From Squalus acanthias (lineage: Eukaryota): 64,000 nucleotides of DNA. Of the stretch, positions 1 to 12,129 are shown in pieces. Made by a program: the position numbers and the translations under genes. The notes under the pieces were generated by a model, which was given only the letters and a program-made list of their open reading frames with translations, was not told the origin of the DNA and did no database searches. The stretch is taken from contig CM059433.1 in assembly GCA_030390025.1 (NCBI GenBank), positions 8,618,001-8,682,000 of the forward strand, written 5' to 3'. Each line of letters starts with the position of its first letter. Positions within the stretch are counted from its first letter, which is position 1.

Positions 1-28
1 TCGGTGCCGGATACCAAAGAGTTTCCTG
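1..28. mobile_element. Right terminus of a Tc1/mariner (pogo/Tigger-like) MITE, cut by the window edge
   Basis: Reverse complement caggaaactctttggtatccggcacc resembles the TIR of the element at 48043-48461; followed by TA at 29-30. Confidence 0.65.
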
Positions 29-556
29 TAGTTAGACCTGGCTCTCCTAGACTAAACAGTCCACAATCAATATATCAAGTTGCTAGAATCCTCTATTACA
101 ATGTAAGAGAAGATATTTTTCTTTGTACTTTGCCAACTGTTTTAGCATGAAAATTATCGGATGTGACCACAGCCAATCTCCTTAAATCTGTGTCCTTTGG
201 TTATCGACCCTTCTATTATCAATAGATGTTTCTGTTACCCGAGTTGTAATTGGAACCCTGTGCTGTGACTTTCATAAAGTGATGCTTAAGGTCCTGGCTA
301 CTGATTCTCCATAGTATTATGCACAAGATTTAGTCTGTAATAGTCGTCTAGACTGTTTGTTCAATGGGATAGATCCATTTATCCAACAAGGGCTGTCGAA
401 GAATGATGGTTGTTCAGAGCTGTGTTCTGAGCCGATAACCTTCAATACTATGGAGCCATGATATTGATCACCAGAGTGCCCAGTGGACCATGGCTGGGAA
501 GTGACTCTGTGTACAATCAAGAATGAGTATTCATTAGACACACACTTGGTCCAAAA

Positions 557-1090
557 ACATCTACAAGGCACAAGTAAGGAGTGTGATGGAATACTCTCCA
601 CTTGCCTGGATGAGTACAGCTCCAACAACACTCAAGAAGCTCGACACCATCCAGGACAAAGCAGCCCACTTGATTGGCACCCCATCCACCACCTTAAACA
701 TTCATTCCCTCCACCACCGGCGTACCGTGGCTGCAGTGTGTACCATCTACAAGATGCACTGCTGCAACTCACCAAGGCTTCTTCGGCAGCACCTCCCAAA
801 CCTGCGACCTCTTCCACCTAGAAGGACAAGGGCAGCAGGCGCATGGGAACACCACCACCTCCAAGTTTCCCTCCAAGTCACACACCATCCTGACTTGGAA
901 ATATATCACCAATCCTTCATCGTCGCTGGGTCAAAACCCTACCAGCAGCACTGTGGGAGTACCTTCACCACACGGACTGCAGCGGTTCAAGAAGGTCGCT
1001 CACCACCACCTTCTCAAGGGGCAATTAGGGATGGGCAATAAATGCTGGCCTTGCCAGCGACGCCCACATCCCATAAATGAATTTTTAAAA
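557..1090 (+). mobile_element. LINE 3' fragment (RT C-terminus and 3' UTR; CR1-superclade-type family)
   Basis: ORF 583-1041 MMEYSPLAWMS...KLDTIQDKAA...SLHHRRTVAAVCTIYKMH is RT C-terminal-like; tail gggatgggcaataaatgctggcc recurs at 14313, 31068, 53258 and 55935. Confidence 0.8.
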
Positions 1091-1289
1091 ATGTAATAAA
1101 GTTCATAAATTCCCTTCTACTACTTTTATCAGTGAAAGCAATTTATTTTCTATAATGGGATCAGTGATTGAAATAATTGGAAGTGAATAATTTCCATCAC
1201 CAGAAATGCCATTCATTCATTTCTCACCCATATGTCAACCTATGGTGTTTTCTTTAAAGAAGATTTCCTAACTTTAATACTCCTATGAT

Positions 1290-1449
1290 AGACAGATTTT
1301 TGAACAATAAGGGAGTGATGGGTTAAGGGGATTGGGCAGGGAAATGGAGCTGAGCCCAAGATCAGATCAGCCATGATCTCATTAAATGGCAGAGCAGGCT
1401 CGAGGGGCCAAATGGCCTACTCCTGCTTCTATTGCTTATGTTCTTATGA
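1290..1449 (+). mobile_element. CR1 LINE 3' tail
   Basis: gatcagccatgatc...ggcctactcctgct...ttatgttcttatg, the CR1 tail seen in many other copies here. Confidence 0.85.
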
Positions 1450-1500
1450 GGCGCACCCCTAGTGGACTGAGCAAAGCTGGTGGAAGACTGCGGTTGCTCA

Positions 1501-2112
1501 CATAGAAACATAGAAAACATAGAAAAATAGGAGCAGGAGTAGACCATTTGGCCCTTCGAGCCTGCTCCGCCATTCAATATGATCATGGCTGTTCCTCTAA
1601 CTCAATACCATATTCCCGCTCTCTCCCCATACCCCTTGATGCCTTTTGTGTCTAGAAATCTATCTATCTCCTTCTTAAATATATTCAGTGACTTGGCCTC
1701 CACAGCCTTCTGTGGTAGAGAATTCCACAGGTTCACCACCCTCTGAGTGAAGACATTTCTCCTCATCTCAGTCCTAAATGTCCTACCCCGTATCCTGAGA
1801 CTGTGACCCCTCATTCTAGACCCCCCAGCCAGGGTAAGCATCCAGTCTGTCTAGCCCTGTCAGAATTTTATACGTTTCAATGAGATCCCCTCTCATTCTT
1901 CTAAACTCTAGTGAATACAGGCCTAGTCGACCCAATCTCTCCTCACACGACAGTCCTTCCATCCCAGGAATCAGTCTGGTGAACCTTCGCTGCACTCACT
2001 CTATGGCAAGTATATCCTTTTTTAGGTAAGGAGACCAAAACTGCACACAGTACTCCAGGTGTGGTCTCACCAAGGCCCTGTACAACTGTGGTAAGACATC
2101 CTTGCTCCTGTA
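1501..2112 (-). mobile_element. CR1 LINE 3' fragment
   Basis: ORF 1602-1841 RGHSLRIRGR..FTQRVVNLWNSLP is the CR1 ORF2 C-terminus; (catagaaa)n tail. Confidence 0.92.
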
Positions 2113-2128
2113 CCCCGTCAGTCCCCCT

Positions 2129-2480
2129 TCAGATGCTCGTGGCTGGTGAGGTCTGGCTGCTCGAGCCTATGAAGGCCCATCTGCGGACTGATGCACCTGA
2201 CCTGCTGCCAGTGCCATTGGGGCTCAGCTGACTTGCTGGCGCCAAGGCTGGTATTGGACGAAGTGGGGTGCGGAAATACTTTGAGATGTTTTCTGGGACG
2301 CGCGAGGAGAAGCTATATAAAGTCTTTTGCTCTGTCTCACTGAAGCCACCGGCAACCTCAAAGGTATTCCACACATTCCAAGCTGAAATCGCGCCACACA
2401 TTGAGAGAAGTCCGTGTCTTTTCAAAGTCAAAGAAAGGAAAGCTCTGCTTTCGAGCAGATCTGCAGATGTGACAGAGAAC
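2129..2480 (-). CDS. Candidate terminal coding exon of unknown protein ([17 protein letters not shown]...QTSPATSI*)
   Basis: Non-repeat sequence open for ~116 codons; acceptor tgtttggtag|G (phase 2), stop TGA at 2129-2131. No family recognised. Confidence 0.25.
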
Positions 2481-2579
2481 CTACCAAACACAAATTGGCT
2501 TGGATTCCTGGCCTGGAAAGAAGCTCCTCCCTAACATTCGCCCAGAGTTAAAAAAAAACATATATTCCTCTCTTCCCCG

Positions 2580-3360
2580 CAGTTAAGTCATCTCACCGTA
2601 TCTTGAATGAATCCTCGGTTTCTACCTCCACTAGCCTCCTCAGAACACCAGTCCAAATGTTGATCACTCTTTGCAGGAAAATGTTCTTCCTGATCCACGC
2701 CCTAACTTATCATTTCACCCGTTTCATCTATGCTACCTTGTTCTAGTGTCCTGGAAAGAAAAGACAGAAGCTGCACTTATATCGTGCCTTTCCCAACCTC
2801 AGGCAGTCCCAAAGTGCCTTGCAGCCAATAGTCTTGTATCACCTTGAAGCAGTGCTGCAGATTTATCCTAAATCTTTGCCCCTTTGAGATCTTTTATAGT
2901 TCTATAACTGTCCCTCTCAGTCACCTCCTTTCAAGACTAAAGAGCCCCTGTCTTTTCTCACAATAAACTTTTACTGTCAGTCCTTCTTCTCTTCCATGGC
3001 TGCTTCCTTCAAACCAGCTGTCTCCCCTAGTTCAGTAAGTGACCTTTCAAGGTAGCCTGGGGTAAAGTATCTCTCTCGTTGTCACCTATTCCAAATGAGT
3101 TTTGTTGAATAAGCAGTTGTCAGTAGTTCCACTCGTTTAGTATCATCCCAGAATTCACGGATCACAAATCTGGTCAGAATGCTCCAGTATTTTAGTGTGT
3201 GCAGATGTTTTATTTTGTTTTTAGGTACAGCTTGTTTTCTCCAATTTTACCTCTTCTCCAACTTCCACAACTAATCCCCAGCTTCTGTCTGGCCTCTGTC
3301 AATGCTGCTGTATTATTATCTATTAAGAGGTACACAACAATGATCTGAAGTAGTTTTATC
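2580..3360 (-). mobile_element. Old, degenerate CR1 RT fragment, with a short DeuSINE tail at ~2757-2830
   Basis: Minus strand gives GLFSLERR*LRG; segment 3035-3125 is similar to 6309-6398. Confidence 0.55.
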
Positions 3361-3395
3361 TCCAGTTTTCCCTAGTAAGATGTAGAGAAGCACCT

Positions 3396-4286
3396 GGGGC
3401 GATAAATTTTGGTTGATTAGCACCTCCCATTAGTGCCCTAAGAGGGCGCTAACAGGGCGCAAAGCAACTAGCGCCCGAGCGCGGCGATGTTTACGCCGCT
3501 CGCGAAATTGACCAGACATTTTGCGGCGGTGCTAAACACTACTGCCACGATCTCCTGCACCTGCAGATCGTGACGTCAGTCGAGTGAGCAACGCCCCGGT
3601 AGCGCCCCGGACTGGATATTGAGTGGCGCCCCCTGCCTTTCCACCTGCCGCTAGCAACGACAGGTAGAGGTGAACGTTTTGCAGTCGGGAAGGGACTGGG
3701 GGAGCGCTATTTAAAGGCGGCCGCTTCCTGCCTTTTTTTGTTGGCGACATTTTTGCACCACGCATTCTGAGAGAGAGAGAGAGAGAGAGAGACTTCTGGA
3801 GAGATTCACCGCTGTGTGAAGGAGTTTTGGGTACTGAGCAGCACTTTGCAGGTTCATTTTGATTTGGCCTTCCTTGCATCGATTCAGAAGAGACTGTGGG
3901 GGCTGCACTCTGAGCTCTTTCCCTGGGCCTCTCCATTGTTCTTTCCAGCAGAATTGATGTACAGGTCTCTCCAGGCTGAGATTCAAGGCTGCAATGAGCA
4001 GGGTGTGGCTGGAGAGCAAGATCGACCCTCCCCTTTAAGAACTGGCCAGCGCCAGTGTGTCTGTGTTCCATTGCTGACTGACATCACATGAGCTTCGCCA
4101 GCGCTCTGAGGTAGCGCCTCGCTCCTTAAGACAGATGTGTAGCGCCTGATTTAGCGCTCCAATCACCTCCAGGGACAATAGAAACCAAGTTTGCAGTCGG
4201 AGGCGATAATTAGCGGCAGGCGCTAAACTTTGTGCCCGGCCGATATTAGAGCCCCAAAATGGGCGATACCAAATTTCTCCCCCCCC
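3396..4286. mobile_element. PIF/Harbinger-derived non-autonomous element
   Basis: Ends ggggcgataaattttgg...ccaaatttctcccc; CpG-rich subterminal tagcgcc motifs shared with 17400-18263, 40338 and 41662; (GA)n at ~3769-3792. Confidence 0.7.
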
Positions 4287-4582
4287 AGGTCTTTACTTGA
4301 TGTTCTCCACAATGACATGGCTCAGATTGGGATTAATTTTGTGATGAATTTAGCCACTCTACGATACAGCACTAATGTATATCTGACTATGCACAGTATG
4401 AGCTAGAACTTACTCCTAGAGTTCTACTAAATAGCCATATTCTATGATGTACTTGCTGCAGAGGGGGAAACTAAGCTCCATTATATAGCCAGACCAATCC
4501 ATCCCTTCACCAATAGCATAATGTAAAGTAAATGCATAATGAATATTTTTCATCTGGTTTTCAATCAGTTCACCCAATTTAT

Positions 4583-5077
4583 AATAACAACAGAAAACGC
4601 TGGAAAAACTCAGCAGGCCAGGCAGCATCTGTGGAGCGAGAAACAGAGTTAACGTTTCAGGTCGAAGACCTTTCGTCAGAACTGGAAAAAAGCAGGAAAT
4701 GAAATAGATTTAAAGCAAGTGTAATGCTGGGAAAAGGGGGAGGGGATGAAAGAACAAAAGGGAAGGTCAGTGGTGGGATAGAAAGCAGGAGACATTGAGA
4801 GACATTGAGAGACATAAAGAGATAATCAAGGCAAGAGGAGGTGGTAATGTGACAGGTTGAGGCTAGATGAAGTGTGAAATGCGCTGGCAGAATGAAGGAC
4901 AGCTGCCAGCTTCTGGGAGGGAAGAAAAAAAGGCCAAACAAAAGGGTGGATGAAAAAATAAAATAAAAAAATATATATATGTGATAGGGGCCGAGGTTAT
5001 GATCTGAAATTGTTGAACTCTATGTTGAGTCCAGAGGGCTGTAGGGTGCCTAAACGAAAGATGAGGTGCTGTTCCCC
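4583..5077 (-). mobile_element. Penelope-like element 3' fragment (GIY-YIG C-terminus plus terminal repeat)
   Basis: Minus strand encodes QHLIFRLGTLQPSGLNIEFNNFR, matching the end of ORF 51424-51753, followed by the terminal segment with a hammerhead motif. Confidence 0.85.
4647..4683 (-). ncRNA. Minimal type I hammerhead ribozyme motif (family A)
   Basis: AGUU-CUGACGA-A-AGGUC(UUC)GACCU-GAAA-CG-UU-AACU: core boxes, 5-bp stem II, 4-bp stem I, palindromic ACGU stem III. Confidence 0.75.
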
Positions 5078-5214
5078 AATTTATAACTTGTTGGGGCAAA
5101 GAAAGTAACTAAGCATTAATAATATTTTAGCTGATTGTTTTATTATTTAGTTTTATTAAAACAATCTTCTCTGCCATTAAGCCAATGTACACAATCCCGG
5201 TGTTAAAAAAAAAG

Positions 5215-5480
5215 TTATTCTACATCTGAATGTCTACTGCTACCCTTGGATCTGTAGATTTCAAATGCTGAAAGTGGTAAGGGCATGAAACGGTTAAACT
5301 TTGAGGCACAGAAAAGGTGCCAGTCATCAAAGTCTGCAGTTCTTGGAGAACACATAGATACTGGACAATGAAAGCTTTGACTCATGATTAACTCTGAAAA
5401 GGACATTGGCATTGAACTGTGAGGCCTTGAATCATGATTGGTTTCGATGGGAAAAATTAACATCTGGACAATGCTCTGAG
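5215..5480 (-). pseudogene. Decayed DNA-transposase fragment (Sola/DUF7869-like, tentative)
   Basis: CPDVNF then a frameshift, then PIE..P.SFSELI....P......DFDDW pattern; recognised by eye only. Confidence 0.3.
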
Positions 5481-5486
5481 TTTAAC

Positions 5487-6258
5487 TGAAACAATGGGGG
5501 TCACGATCGACTTCCTGACGTGAATGGAAGATGCACGAGTCCCGAGCAGACAATCAGCCAACCGCCCATCAACAGTAATAGAAATCACATTGAATATGCG
5601 TTACAGAAAGCGGGAGAGGAGATAAGGAGTTATCTTCGATCTCACAACTCTGCACACCTCCGGTGATTGGATTACAGGTTGACGAGGTGTGAATGTCGGA
5701 CAGTTCAGCAAACCGACAACCGAAACTGGTTGGGGGAGGCCCAGCATGGGGCCAGGTGACTAAAAGAACTATAAGAAGGAACCACACCCACAGCTCGCTC
5801 TCTCTCTCTTTAGCTCGGAAGCTCTCTCTGGGAAGCTCTCTCTCTCTCGGAAGCTAGCTCTGACTACAGCAACTGCCAGGTGTAAGAAGGAAGGGAAGAC
5901 GGTCATCTCCAGCTCCCAGCCTGCAATCGACGTCGGCCACGACCAGCCGGACGGGTGATTGTAAGTATCAGTTGGCTCTACAATGGGTTTGCGCTGTGTA
6001 GGCAGCTGCAGTCAGATTAAGGAGGACGGGGACAGGTCATCTCAGATCCAGACCTACAATCCACAATGGTAACAACCGGCCAGATGGGTGATTGTAAGTT
6101 TCAGTCAAATCTCAACAGGGTTTTGTCTGTGTTTTATTGGTTTTAATAAACTAACAGTTTTGGGTTGAACCTAAACCTTTGTGTTATCCACCATCTTGTT
6201 CCTGTAAAACCCAGAGCCAAAGAACCCTTGTAAGGACGAGGAAACCAAACACCTTACA
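5487..6258 (+). mobile_element. Solo LTR-like element
   Basis: TG...CA ends, TATA-like actataag ~5768, CT-rich tract, AATAAA at ~6145, ends ccttaca, internal ~95-bp diverged duplication. No TSD found, so the left edge is uncertain. Confidence 0.55.
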
Positions 6259-6779
6259 GATCAGACTCTTTGAAATCATCACCTTTCCTCAACATGGCGG
6301 ATTGATATAAGTGACATTAAGTGATAGCCTGGGGTGAGACATCTTTCTACTTGTCACCTATTCCAAATGAGTTCCCTTGAAGAAGCAGTTCTCAGTCGCA
6401 CTGTGCAATCCAGCCACTGCCATCAACAGCAGCACCTGTTCATCATTTGTGCTCTTAGCCCCTGTTTAATTGCGTGGTGTAATCAGTTGAATCACTGGGC
6501 CCGATCAGAGTCGATTGCCTATATTTCGGCTTTAAGCTACTTAGAATAATAGTCAAATCCCAGCACTTCATTTTACAATGTGTAACAAAGCAAAAACACA
6601 GTTGTTTGCACGAGCACCATTGGAAGGTTGTAATTGAGTTATAATCTGAAGTAATGATCTAACATCAATCTTATGACAGAGATGACTTTGCACGGTAGCA
6701 GTTGTAATTCTAAGATTAAAATAGATTGTTAAGATGACAACTGATGACCATGATCTCACTGAAAATGAGCACGGGTCTC

Positions 6780-7070
6780 GGGCGACTGGGTGAAGAACTC
6801 CAGTTGTATGGCTCCTTTGTAGTGGTTCAATAGCTGGTGAACTGTCTTGCAGCAGTCATTACGTTCACCCTACATCTCCACATTTGACATATGCTGCGCC
6901 ACAACAAAGGCGTCTAGAAATAGCTCCAGTGCAACCCCAAAGCTCAGTGTCAACTGTTTCACATTTCTATTTGGAAGTGCTTTGCCAGAGCAGCAAGGAA
7001 ATGATTGAATCCCTGTGATGCCAGTTATTGGCTGGTAAAGAGCATTGTGGAATACTACCACCCATTTCAT
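6780..7070 (-). pseudogene. Second decayed DNA-transposase-like fragment (Sola/DUF7869-like, tentative)
   Basis: KWVVVFHNALYQPITGITGIQSF resembles the W..FL...YKPIPGIT.Y..F motif; in-frame stops. Confidence 0.25.
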
Positions 7071-7484
7071 ACAGGGTGAAGAAGACTGAGGTAATCTACC
7101 TTCACTGCAAAAACCACTTCAGAAAGGAGCAGGGCATATGGTAGCACCGTCAATAACTACCAAAGGAAACAAAGGTCATCAACGTTTATTGCTGATGCCT
7201 AGTTTACTCATACATGGCTTTGAATTCCCACAGGATTCTCCCCATCTCTGGCTATAATCTTGGCGGGACCACAGGAGAAATGCCGTAGACAGATGTTTAT
7301 GCTGTTTCTCCACAGGTTTCACTGACCTTCCATCGAAGAATCCAGATGGAAATTAGAGAACCTCTCATCCAAGAGCGCTTCACGTGAACCATCCCTCCCA
7401 CCCCCAATACACCAACAGTCCCATAATCCTTATCCCCACCATCCTTACTACCACCATCTAATTTTCTTCCTTCAATCCAGCCTT

Positions 7485-7918
7485 ATTGGCTCCCGGTTAA
7501 GCAGCGCCTCGATTTCAAATTCTCATCCTTGTTTTCAAATCCCTCCATGGCCTCGCCCCTTCCCTATCTCTGTAATCTCCTCCAGCCTCACAACCCCCTG
7601 AGATATCTGCGCTCCTCTAATTCTGCCCTCTTGAGCATCCCTGATTATAATCGCTCAACCTTTGGTGGCCGTGCCTTCTGTTGCCTGGGCCCTAAGCTCT
7701 GGAATTCCCTGCCTAAACTTCTCCGCCTTGCAACCTCGCTCTCCTCCTTTAAGACGCTCCTTAAAACCTACCTCTTTGACCAAGCTTTTGGTCACCTGCC
7801 CTAATTTCTCCTTATGTGGATCAGTGTCAAATTTTTTGTCTTAAAATACTCCTGTGCAGCGCCTTGGGACGTTTTACTACGTTAAAGGCGCTATATAAAT
7901 ACAGGTTGCTGTTGTTGC
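7485..7918 (+). mobile_element. L2 LINE 3' fragment
   Basis: GGRAFCCLGPKLWNSLP...FKTLLKTYLF; tail ggcgctatataaatac..(gtt)n. Confidence 0.9.
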
Positions 7919-8244
7919 ATTCACTACACTACAAATATTTTCAAATACCAATTCCAGAATAATAAAATAATCCAACAACTCAATTCCATCTGCGTACAGT
8001 ATTTAACCGGAATAACTCAATTCTCTGGGGTCCACTGAGGATCTAGATGCAGAAACTACACTCGCACTCCACCCTACATTCTTCCGCATGCATCTCCTTC
8101 ACTTAACCCAGAACATCGTACACCAGCAGCTACCTACCTAACTCCGCCTTCCACGAGTAACACCAAAAGCTTTGATCAAATACTGATGGAGTCTCCAAGA
8201 CGCCAAGTTTATCCTGAACAAGATGCCACTTGTCTTGCCTTTGT

Positions 8245-8528
8245 CTCTCTCTCTTAGGCAGTCCCTCGGAACCTGAGGATGACTTGCTTCCACACTAAAA
8301 ATGAGTTCTCAGGTGACTGATGAGTCCAATGCGGGACCGACAGTCTCTGTCACAGGTGGGGCAGACGGTGGTTGAAGGGGCGGGTGGGTGGGGTGCTTGG
8401 GTTGACGTGCGCTCCTTCCGCCGTTTGCGCTTGGCTTCCGCTTGCTCCCGGCGAAGAGACTCGAGGTGTTCGGCACCTTCCCGGATGCTTCTCCTCCACT
8501 TTGTGCGGTCTTGGGCCAGGGACACCTG
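8245..8528 (-). mobile_element. RTE (BovB-like) LINE 3' fragment
   Basis: LAQDRTKWRRSIREG...CPTCDRDCRSRIGLISHLRTH, the RTE C-terminal zinc-finger motif. Confidence 0.88.
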
Positions 8529-9380
8529 CCTTTGTATGGTGAGATTATCAACAATCACATTAGAAGCGTCAACTTCGACAGAGTCTGAGATACAGTAAAA
8601 GATCAGCCACCATGCCTGGAACTCGCTTTGAATACATCCCGTATTATTATTTAATGTATTTATATTAACAGTTTGCTACTTTATCGTTCTGTCCACTTCA
8701 ATCAATTGTCATCATTGAATTACTACTAATTAGCACTTTCTCTTTTCTTGTTTGGAGGGTGTCTGTGTACGGACACATTATAAGGGTTCAAATTAAAATC
8801 GTTTGTTTAAAACAATCTACAGTTACAGGTAATGCCAAAATTAAAACTTGTATGCAACTTTAAGCCAGTTTCCCCCCCCCCCCCCAGATCACTCTGTGTG
8901 TGGTAATATTACTGTACATTAACCAATGCTTGCAGAATGTTGTTACTGGCAGTAACCTAATATGCACAGTGATTACTGCCTCGACATATTTTACACGTAG
9001 TGTTTCATTGACCTGTAATAGAATACTGCAAGTTGGCCAAAATACTAATGAAGGTCATTATTGGGGGCTGCTCTTATTTGAATTAGCCAGATTTGTATTT
9101 TCTGCATTTTTTGTGGGACATTGAATATGAATATGTTGTGAGCGGTACAAATATAGAACGTCACCGTCCTTCATAAAGCAATACCTGATGCATCTTAATC
9201 GATATGTGATATCAGAAACATATCAGTGCTTAGTGTTAAAGGCTGTGAAACAGAGGGTATAACATTCTGAACTTATGACCTGCGATGATTCGACTCCATT
9301 TCCTGGTCATTAGGCGGAATGCCCCCTGTGGCTACCTGCACATTTTTATCACAAATATTCAAACACTTATGGTGATATAT

Positions 9381-10127
9381 TGGCCCAAAAATTAGTCCCG
9401 CTACGCGAGAGTACGCACTGTGTACTCTCGCGTATTCTGTCTCCAATTGCCGGTTTTCTGCATGCACTGCGCATGCGCTGAAAACCGGCACTTGGTGAAC
9501 GGAAAAAGGGGGCGGGTCCTAGGTGAACCGCGTGCGCGCTACAGGCTGCGCGCACGCTGTGCACTTAGTGGTTTCAACGCGCAGGTAAGTACGGAAGATT
9601 CTAGACATAAAAAAAGGAGGAGTAAGACCCACTTTTAACAAGGTAAGTAGTGAATTAAGTATTATTTTGAATTTTTTTTAACAGGTATATCTTTTTTAGA
9701 GACTTTAAAGACAGGTAAGTTTATTTTTATAACTTTTTAAAAGATTTTAAATTTTTTCAAAAATTTTATTTTTTATTTAAAATGGTTAATTTATTTAACT
9801 ATACTTATTTTATTAATGTGATGGTTTTTAAAAAAAATTTAATTGAGGTTTAGCGGTTCTTTTGGGGGGCTATAGTATTCATAACTTTCACAGCACTTAT
9901 GTGAAAGTTATGAATGGAAGATGGTGTGCTGCCATTGGCTCTAACTGAGTCACGTGATCCCACAGCTCGCACGAATTAACTACGCCGGTGGGATACGCAA
10001 GCCCAGCACAGCAGCTGTCCAGAACATCAAGTTCGTGCGAGCTGGAACTGAAAAAGCCAACGCGGAGTGAGAGATCACGGGGAGGCCTTACCCTCGCACG
10101 AAGGCTTCCTCACGAATTTTTGGGCCA
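9381..10127. mobile_element. Harbinger-type MITE with AT-rich core
   Basis: TIR tggcccaaaaatt...aatttttgggcca; flanks tat/taa; shares gcatgcgctgaaaaccggca with the 32004 family. Confidence 0.75.
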
Positions 10128-10262
10128 TAATGTCAGTAGAATAAATTGAGAATTCAGCAATCTTCACTTATTTCAGTAAATAACAACATAATCAGAAATT
10201 CAGTACAAGACAATGTGAGTACACTAAAATCTATATAGTTCCAGCAGCAGGAACACACATAT

Positions 10263-10812
10263 AAGCCTATCCTGCAAATCCATTGGCAGGATAGGCGCAC
10301 CAACGTCAGTGTTCTCGCTCAGGCCACCATCCCCAGCATCGAAGCTTTGACCACGCTCGATCAGCTCCGATGGACGGGTCACATCGTCCACATGCCCGAT
10401 ACGAGACTCCAAAACAAGCGCTCTACTCGGAGCTCCGACACGGCAAGAGAGCCCCAGGTGGGCAGAGGAAACACTTCAAGGACACCCTCAAAGCCTCCTT
10501 GAAAAAGTGCAACATCCCCACTGACACCTGGGAATCCCTGGCCCAAGACCGCACAAAGTGGAGGAGAAGCATCCAGGGAAGGCGCCGAACACCTCGAGTC
10601 TCTTTGCCGGGAGCAAGCGGAAGCCCAGCGCAAACAGCGCAAGGAGCGCACGTCAACCCAAGCACCCCACCCACCCGTCCCTTCAACCACCGTCTGCCCC
10701 ACCTGTGACAGAGACTGTAGGTCCCGCATTGGACTCATCAGCCAGCTGAGAACTCATTTTTAATGTGGAAGCAAGTCATCCTCGGTTCCGAGGGACTGCC
10801 TAAGAAGAAGAA
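10263..10812 (+). mobile_element. RTE LINE 3' fragment
   Basis: PKQALYSEL..GKRAPGGQRKHFKDTLKASLK..WESLAQDR; frameshifted; (aag)n tail. Confidence 0.9.
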
Positions 10813-10814
10813 GA

Positions 10815-11541
10815 TAAGCCGGTATTGTAACCTCCCCTTGCCCAGCAACAAAATGGTTGCGTCGGAGGGGGGTTTGAATTTGAAAAAGTATAGCTCCCGG
10901 CTGCATTCCCGGCCACCGTCACTTTTATGACGGTGAACCAGCCCATTGACGATACTCATGCTAAAGGCAGGCAGGGGCCTACCCAAGATTCAAAAGTCGC
11001 AGCCCAATGATGTAATTGGCGCCGCCGCGTAATATTAACTTCACGTCAAGGGGGGGGATTCTGCTCTGTCTGCAGCTCGGCAGCAGAACCATGGTGGGAA
11101 GAGCCGACTGGCCAGAAGAGGCAGGCAGGGGCCTCCCCAACATTCAGTTTTAGAAATTTGCCTCTTTTAGAATTCCCTGTGGACCAGGAGGAGCAGTAGT
11201 GATTCCCACAGGCCCCGCAAGGAGTCCTTGGGCCTCCCCCACCCCAGTAGTTATCCTGGAACCCGCCCCCCCCCCCCCTTTCACCGCCTGATCTCTGATC
11301 GCCCTGGAACTCCTCACCCCAGCCCCGACTGCTGGGGACCGTTCCCACAGGTTCACAGCTGCGGCCTCCTGCCACCAAATTCCCGCCCACTGGCCAGGTA
11401 GCGGCCTGGTGTCAGGCGGCACTCCGGGGAAGTTATATCTAAATGAGGCCTGGTCGATCCTAATGGCTGGGCCTCCCCGTCCCCTATCAAGCTTGCACGC
11501 ACCAATCCTGTCCCCCGCCTAACCTTTCAAAATCGGGGGCC
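10815..11541. mobile_element. GC-rich Harbinger-type MITE remnant
   Basis: Ends aaaatcgggggcc, similar to other TIRs here; left end not found next to the RTE. Confidence 0.5.
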
Positions 11542-12129
11542 ATAATGTCAACTCAATTCATGGTAAAACAAACATACTAAAACACAAGCATTTTACTTAT
11601 TTGTCCCTAGATAGATAGGTTTACTAAATAGGCTGACATATTTGCAGTGCAACATTGAGAGACTAAACAATTACTAAGTATTTATTTGCCCACATCCAGC
11701 TTCCAATGCAGGACCTGTAATCATCTCGCTCTTTGTAGCTGTTTGTTTTCAATTACAGTAGTTTTTACTCCTCCACAAATGTTTTTGACCTTTCAGTTTA
11801 TACATATACATTTTAATGTACATATATCTCACCTATGCTTGTTAATTTTCTGTTACTTCCTCTGAAAATTGCACTTTCACTATTCTGTATTTCTTTCTGG
11901 TTTGTTTGGACCTTTGGCCCTATTTTTTGCCTTTTCTCTGATGCTTTCTGACCTCACTTAAGCTCTTTCAGCCCACTTTGTAATTTTAGAGCCGGTCATT
12001 TCCTCAGTCCTCCCCTCCTCGTGCTTCCGCTCGTCCCGCCACTCCCAGTGACACATGCCACTTTTTTTTTGACCCTTTGCCCAGACAACATCTACTCGAA
12101 ATGGAACTTCCACAAGCCGCTTCACTGTC

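Noticed and set aside
317-560. Minus ORF (CFWTKCVSNEYSFLIVH...) faintly like a rhabdovirus glycoprotein segment (endogenous virus)
   Set aside because: The leading cysteines come from the adjoining LINE, and the later cysteines and DPY motif are missing. Not supportable without an HMM search.
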